A DNA stretch of 64,000 nucleotides. Source: Vicinamibacterales bacterium (GTDB taxonomy: Bacteria; Acidobacteriota; Vicinamibacteria; Vicinamibacterales; UBA8438). The stretch covers positions 3,970,309 to 4,034,308 of the forward strand of contig OZ220728.1 in NCBI GenBank assembly GCA_965116845.1, in the 5' to 3' direction. Both the position numbers and the translations under genes were made by a program. The notes under the pieces were generated by a model that searched no databases, was not told where the DNA came from, and saw only the letters and a program-made list of their open reading frames with translations. Shown here piece after piece: positions 59,626 through 64,000 of the stretch. Each line of letters begins with the position of its first letter. The stretch's first letter is position 1.

Positions 59626-62391
59626 TCAGTGAGCGTGCTGCGGCATGGTGCGTCGAAGACGGTCCAGTTCGTCCCGCATCGCGTTCGCGCTTCCCGGTCG
59701 ACGCGCGATGCTCGATGACAGCGCGTCGCGGAGAAACGCGGCCAACCCGCTGGGGCACGTCGGTCGGTAATCGCGGATGTCGGGCACAGCGGCCCGTTCG
59801 ACGGCGGCCAGCACCGTCGCGGTGTCCCCCGCAGCGAACGGGTGACGGCCCGCAAGGGCTTCATACAGCACAAGGGCCAAGCCCCACAGGTCGAAGGACG
59901 GCTGCGGCACGGCGCCGGCCAGCGCTTCCGGTGCCAGATACAGAGGGGTGCCCACCAGTCGTTCGGCGACGGTCACTGTGGCGCCAGGGTCCGTCGACCG
60001 ATCTAGCGCTTCGCGCAAGCGCGCCGAGATTGGCTCCGTCCGGGGCCGGACGTCCGAGATCCGATCGAGCAAGGCCAGACCGAAATCGAGTAGCTTCGGC
60101 CGACGGTCGCTGGTGTATCCGATGTTGCTCGGCTTGACGTCGCGGTGGAGCACGCCCGCGCCGTGCACACGTTCGAGTACGTCCGCGAGCACGATCCCGA
60201 GGTCGATCGCCTCCTTGCACGACACCGGGCCCCGACGGATCCAGTCACGAAGCGTGCCCCCGTCCAGGTATTCGACAACCAGCATCGGCGCACCGCGCCA
60301 CTCCTCCGTGCCGTAGATGAGCGCCAAGTTCGGGTGTAACACCCTGGCCATTGTCCGGGCCTCCCGGTGCAGCCGAACAGCCGACTGGGACTGGAGCAAC
60401 GGCAGAGTCTTGATGGCCACCCTGCGATCGAGGACCATATCGACTGCGAGGTATACGACGCCCATGCCTCCTGCACCGAGGAGGCGCTCGAGTCGGAACT
60501 TGCCCTGGATCAACCGCGGGAGCGCGGCGACGACGGTGGTTGTTCCGCACGAGCATCGGCGCTTGTCCGGGCTCCAGACCAGCCCGCAGACTGGGCAGTG
60601 GACGGCCGGCTCGTCCCGCCAGTTCGGTTCCCGCTCGTTGCGACCGCGAAACGGACGAGCGCCCTCGGCACAATGGCCACTGAGCCGCCGATTCTCAAGC
60701 TGCATGGCTACCCGGCCGCAGGCCGCCGTCGTTAGGGCGAAGTGAGGCGCTGCATACGGCAGACCGCTTCTGTTGTCCCCGATAGCGACCACGCCCAATA
60801 ACGCCCCGGTGGAGCCGATAAGGGGAGACAACAGGTGGGCGCCGGTGTCCCGCAACCACTCCCGATCCGCGGGCAGGAGCAGCCTCTCAATGGACTCCAA
60901 GGCGCGAAAGTCGAGCGGCACATCGCCTCGCGTCGACCGGAGGATCTCGGCCAGGGTCGAATCTTGCCGAATCGGACCCGTCGTTCCTTCGACCGGAACC
61001 AGCTCGCTCCCGTCCTCGTTGACGATCAGGACCGCCACGGATGGCGCCCGCAACGTCCGGCTCAGCTCGACGGCGAGCGCCTCCGTCACGTCACGCAGGC
61101 CACCCGCCATCCGACAACGTTGCTCGAGCCGGGCAAGGGCCTGCGACTGGTCTAACGGCTCGACGAGAAACCACCGGTCGATCGCATGGAGCAGATGGTG
61201 CCGAAGCGTAAGGGTGACGAGTCCCAACGCTGAGAGCGCGAACGGCCCAACGGGTCGCGAACGTTGGAGGTACTGCGCGATGGTCAACTGCTGATTCGTG
61301 TAGATGTCGAACCCGACGTAGGCGACGGGCCCCAGGCTCACGGCCCATACCGCATGGCGTGCCAAGGCGTACTTCAGCGCCATCCGGATGAAGAACTGCA
61401 GGTCCATCACACGGTCCACTGCAACGGAGTAGGCGGTAACCGGCACGATAAGCGCGAGCGCCGCGTAGAGAACGATGCCGACATGGTGCTGCACCGAGAC
61501 GTCCGAGAGCGCGGGTACGAACGGCGTGGCAACCACTGCGAGGACAAAGGGCGTCAGCCCTGCCACAAACGCTCCGACGAACACCATGACGCGACGCCGA
61601 TTCTCGTACGACTCGAGTCGGACCTTCCAAAGGAGAAACGGTATGGCGGGAGCGGCGGTGGCGAACAGCAGGGGCCAATAGACGGATTTCGGGTTGTAGC
61701 GGTCGAGCAGCTCAAAAGGGTTCATCAACCGGGCCGGCATCGTCCAGTCGGTCCACGAGCCAATGACACCGGTCGTGAACAGAACCGCGCCAGCACCGAA
61801 CGAGGCGTTCACGAGGATTCGGGAGATTCGGGCCTCCTTCGGCTTCTGCCCGTCGACCGGAAACCTCTGGACGAAGCGCCACAGCATCAGCGCCAAGAAC
61901 GCCTCTGGTTGGAACGGACGAAGCGCCGCGGCCGTCGCGTCGTCGAAGCAGTTTCCGCCCGACGGCATCAGTGCCGTCACGAACGCCGACCCTATGGCAA
62001 GAAAGAGACCACCAAGCAGCGGTAGTCGACGGTCGCGCCCGCCGCCCGCCAACAACACCACGCCCCCGAAGCCGAATAGGAAAGCGTTGACTACGTTGGG
62101 CCACGCCGTCGGACAAAGCGCGGCGGGAGCATTCACGATTACCAGGGCAAGTCGAGCGATCGCAATACCGAGCACGACGGCCACAACGGCGTCCACCGCG
62201 CGGCTCCACCAACCGGGGACGGGCGATGCATCGAAGCGGCGACCCGCCCCAATGGCGGAAACGACCTTGAGTTGGTGGAGAAGGTCGGCGTCGCGGGTCT
62301 TCGCGGCCGCCCGCTCGACGTCGGGCCAGTCCACGGCCTCGCCGGCGGCAACGGCGTCAGCTACGGATTCGAGCAGCCTGCGATCGCTCAT
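59626..62391 (-). CDS. Polytopic membrane Ser/Thr protein kinase, second copy
   Basis: The ATG overlaps the sigma stop (ATGA); N-terminus MSDRRLLESVADAVAAGEAVDW as in kinase 1; multi-TM; GAF-like region; HCPVCG...RCSCG; LGAGGMGVVYLA, VAIKTL, HRDVKPSNIGY, LLDFGLA, YLAPE. Confidence 0.9.
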   Translation of the reverse strand: MSDRRLLESVADAVAAGEAVDWPDVERAAAKTRDADLLHQLKVVSAIGAGRRFDASPVPGWWSRAVDAVVAVVLGIAIARLALVIVNAPAALCPTAWPNVVNAFLFGFGGVVLLAGGGRDRRLPLLGGLFLAIGSAFVTALMPSGGNCFDDATAAALRPFQPEAFLALMLWRFVQRFPVDGQKPKEARISRILVNASFGAGAVLFTTGVIGSWTDWTMPARLMNPFELLDRYNPKSVYWPLLFATAAPAIPFLLWKVRLESYENRRRVMVFVGAFVAGLTPFVLAVVATPFVPALSDVSVQHHVGIVLYAALALIVPVTAYSVAVDRVMDLQFFIRMALKYALARHAVWAVSLGPVAYVGFDIYTNQQLTIAQYLQRSRPVGPFALSALGLVTLTLRHHLLHAIDRWFLVEPLDQSQALARLEQRCRMAGGLRDVTEALAVELSRTLRAPSVAVLIVNEDGSELVPVEGTTGPIRQDSTLAEILRSTRGDVPLDFRALESIERLLLPADREWLRDTGAHLLSPLIGSTGALLGVVAIGDNRSGLPYAAPHFALTTAACGRVAMQLENRRLSGHCAEGARPFRGRNEREPNWRDEPAVHCPVCGLVWSPDKRRCSCGTTTVVAALPRLIQGKFRLERLLGAGGMGVVYLAVDMVLDRRVAIKTLPLLQSQSAVRLHREARTMARVLHPNLALIYGTEEWRGAPMLVVEYLDGGTLRDWIRRGPVSCKEAIDLGIVLADVLERVHGAGVLHRDVKPSNIGYTSDRRPKLLDFGLALLDRISDVRPRTEPISARLREALDRSTDPGATVTVAERLVGTPLYLAPEALAGAVPQPSFDLWGLALVLYEALAGRHPFAAGDTATVLAAVERAAVPDIRDYRPTCPSGLAAFLRDALSSSIARRPGSANAMRDELDRLRRTMPQHAH

Positions 62392-63041
62392 GCACGCTGC
62401 ATCTCTTCGCCGAGGCGAAGCAGCGCGCGTCGGACGGCCAGTCGGGCCGCGGGTCCGGAGGGCTTGTCCAGCACGAGGGCGAGCTGCTCGTAGTTGTAGC
62501 CGAGCTCGATGCTCGCGACGATCGCCCGGCGATCGATCGGTCGCAAGCGCTTCAACGCAGCTTCGTAGCGCCGCCGGTCGTCGTGCCCGATCACCCGGTC
62601 GAGCGGCGACTCGGCGTGGTTCGGCAGGCGTTCGTCCAGCCCGTCCGCCAGCGGGTCCACCTGGGGTCGGCGCGAGGCCCGCCGGAACTGGTCGCGGACC
62701 CGGTTGAGGAGCGAGCGCCGGAGATACCCCAGCAGGGCGCCGTCGCGCTGCGGCTCGAACGAATCGAGACGGCGCAAGGTGTGGAACACCGTCTCCTGGA
62801 CGAGGTCGGCGGTATCGGCCGCATCGCGGGCCCAAGGAGGTACGCGTCGGTGCGCCCAGCGACGGAGGCGCGGGAGATAGCGAGCGAACAAGCGATCGAG
62901 GGCTCTGGCGTCGCCTTCACGCGCCCGGTCGAACAGCTCCTGGGAGGACGAAACCGACGCCTCCCCGGACGACGTCGATACCTCTCGAGACGATGCCGAC
63001 GCGTCCGGCCGCATCGGCTCCAGTCGGTCCATTTTGGGCAC
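62388..63041 (-). CDS. ECF-type sigma factor, second copy
   Basis: DTADLVQETVFHTLRRL (region 2), LRPIDRRAIVASIELGYNYEQLAL (region 4); the start may be GTG 63041 or ATG 63032. Confidence 0.85.
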   Translation of the reverse strand: MPKMDRLEPMRPDASASSREVSTSSGEASVSSSQELFDRAREGDARALDRLFARYLPRLRRWAHRRVPPWARDAADTADLVQETVFHTLRRLDSFEPQRDGALLGYLRRSLLNRVRDQFRRASRRPQVDPLADGLDERLPNHAESPLDRVIGHDDRRRYEAALKRLRPIDRRAIVASIELGYNYEQLALVLDKPSGPAARLAVRRALLRLGEEMQRA

Positions 63042-63246
63042 CTCGCCGCACCGCGCCGGCCTGGCGCTTCCAAGCTCACGCAGTCCGGGGGAACGGCGTC
63101 ATTCTCCTAGCTTGCCCGAGAGAATATCACGGACCCGGCAGGCGGCTGAATCTGCGGCCGTCGGGGCGACTTCGAACGCGCGCTCGCGACGGCTTGAACG
63201 CTCCAAGACCATCCTGCGGTCGCAGCTCACGGCGGGTTTGCGGAAC

Positions 63247-63293
63247 GGCGCCTCCGTGTGTATGATTCTGGAAAACACACACACGGAGGCGCC
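63247..63293. promoter_or_regulatory. Perfect 15-bp inverted repeat whose right arm contains the vapB RBS
   Basis: GGCGCCTCCGTGTGT (63247..63261) ... ACACACGGAGGCGCC (63279..63293), directly followed by GTG 63294. Confidence 0.6.
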
Positions 63294-63488
63294 GTGCGCA
63301 CCAATATCCACATCGACGACGATCTCATGGACGCGGCCCTTCAGGTGGCTCGACGGAAAACCAAAAAGGCGACGGTGGAGGAGGCCCTGCGACTCCTCGT
63401 GCGCACGCGGGCCCAGGGCCGCCTCCGCGAACTGCGCGGCAGGCTGCGCTGGGAGGGTTCGCTCGAAGAACTGCGGCGCGACCGGTGA
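63294..63488 (+). CDS. vapB: VapB-type antitoxin
   Basis: VRTNIHIDDDLMDAALQVARRKTKKATVEEALRLLV...; GTG after GGAGG; stop overlaps the vapC start. Confidence 0.8.
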   Translation: MRTNIHIDDDLMDAALQVARRKTKKATVEEALRLLVRTRAQGRLRELRGRLRWEGSLEELRRDR

Positions 63489-63874
63489 TCGTCGTCGATT
63501 CCTCGGTCTGGATCGCCTACTTCAACGGTGCGGTCACTCGCGAGACCGATCTGCTGGATGAGCTCCTGGGCACAGAGCCCATCGTGATCGGCGACCTCAT
63601 TCTCGCCGAGGTACTCCAGGGCTTCCGCTCCGATCGCGACGGCGTCACCGCCCGGACGGCGCTCGACACCCTCCTGTTCCAGCCGATGGTCGGTCGTGAC
63701 GTCGCGCTTGCCAGCGCCCGCAACTACCGGCGCCTGCGCGGACGAGGCATCACGGTCCGCAGCACCATCGACATGCTGATTGCGACGTTCTGCATGGAGA
63801 ACGGTCACCGCCTGCTCCATGCCGACCGTGACTTCGCGACGATTTCGGAACATCTGAGCCTGGCGACGCTATGA
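63485..63874 (+). CDS. vapC: PIN-domain toxin VapC
   Basis: MIVVDSSVWIAYF..., LAEVLQG, TIDMLIATFCMENGHRLLHADRDF: PIN acidic residues in the expected order. Confidence 0.88.
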   Translation: MIVVDSSVWIAYFNGAVTRETDLLDELLGTEPIVIGDLILAEVLQGFRSDRDGVTARTALDTLLFQPMVGRDVALASARNYRRLRGRGITVRSTIDMLIATFCMENGHRLLHADRDFATISEHLSLATL

Positions 63875-64000
63875 GAGGCGGTCCACCCATGTCTGCGCAA
63901 GTCTGATGCAGCACGAACCACTCCGTGCTCCGCGGGACCGAGCTGGTCGTGGCATCGTTCTCTCTCACCAGCAATCCAGTCAGGTTTCCCGGAGAGCGCG

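Overview
GC-rich (about two-thirds G+C by eye) bacterial accessory region; the taxon cannot be assigned from sequence alone. All calls come from reading the ORF translations and aligning by hand, with no database search. (1) 5.1-22.2 kb, all on the minus strand: an ECF sigma factor and a polytopic Ser/Thr kinase, followed by three DUF4384 proteins, an OmpA-like protein and a secreted trypsin-like protease. Directly upstream on the same strand lies a diversity-generating retroelement (Avd, reverse transcriptase, 124-nt template repeat). It has three target genes encoding exported caspase(C14)-FGE/C-type-lectin proteins. Two of the three C-terminal variable regions (VR1, VR3) differ from the template almost only at template adenines; VR2 carries additional non-adenine differences. 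(2) Decayed copies of the same cassette (caspase, protease and regulator-like pseudogenes) lie at 18.7-23.4 and 29.3-31.4 kb. (3) An island junction (integrase pseudogene plus a 3' tRNA-Thr fragment) sits next to a Rad50-like zinc-hook ABC ATPase that is translationally coupled to a small helical protein, a candidate defence pair. (4) 36.2-47.0 kb is an ordinary transport/envelope/redox block. (5) 47-57 kb is an IS graveyard with nested IS21, IS3 and IS256 insertions whose target-site duplications are readable. (6) The right end holds a second ECF sigma/kinase pair with two paralogous small proteins, and a vapBC module. Many very long ORFs in the track are GC-driven artefacts antisense to or out of frame with the real genes.
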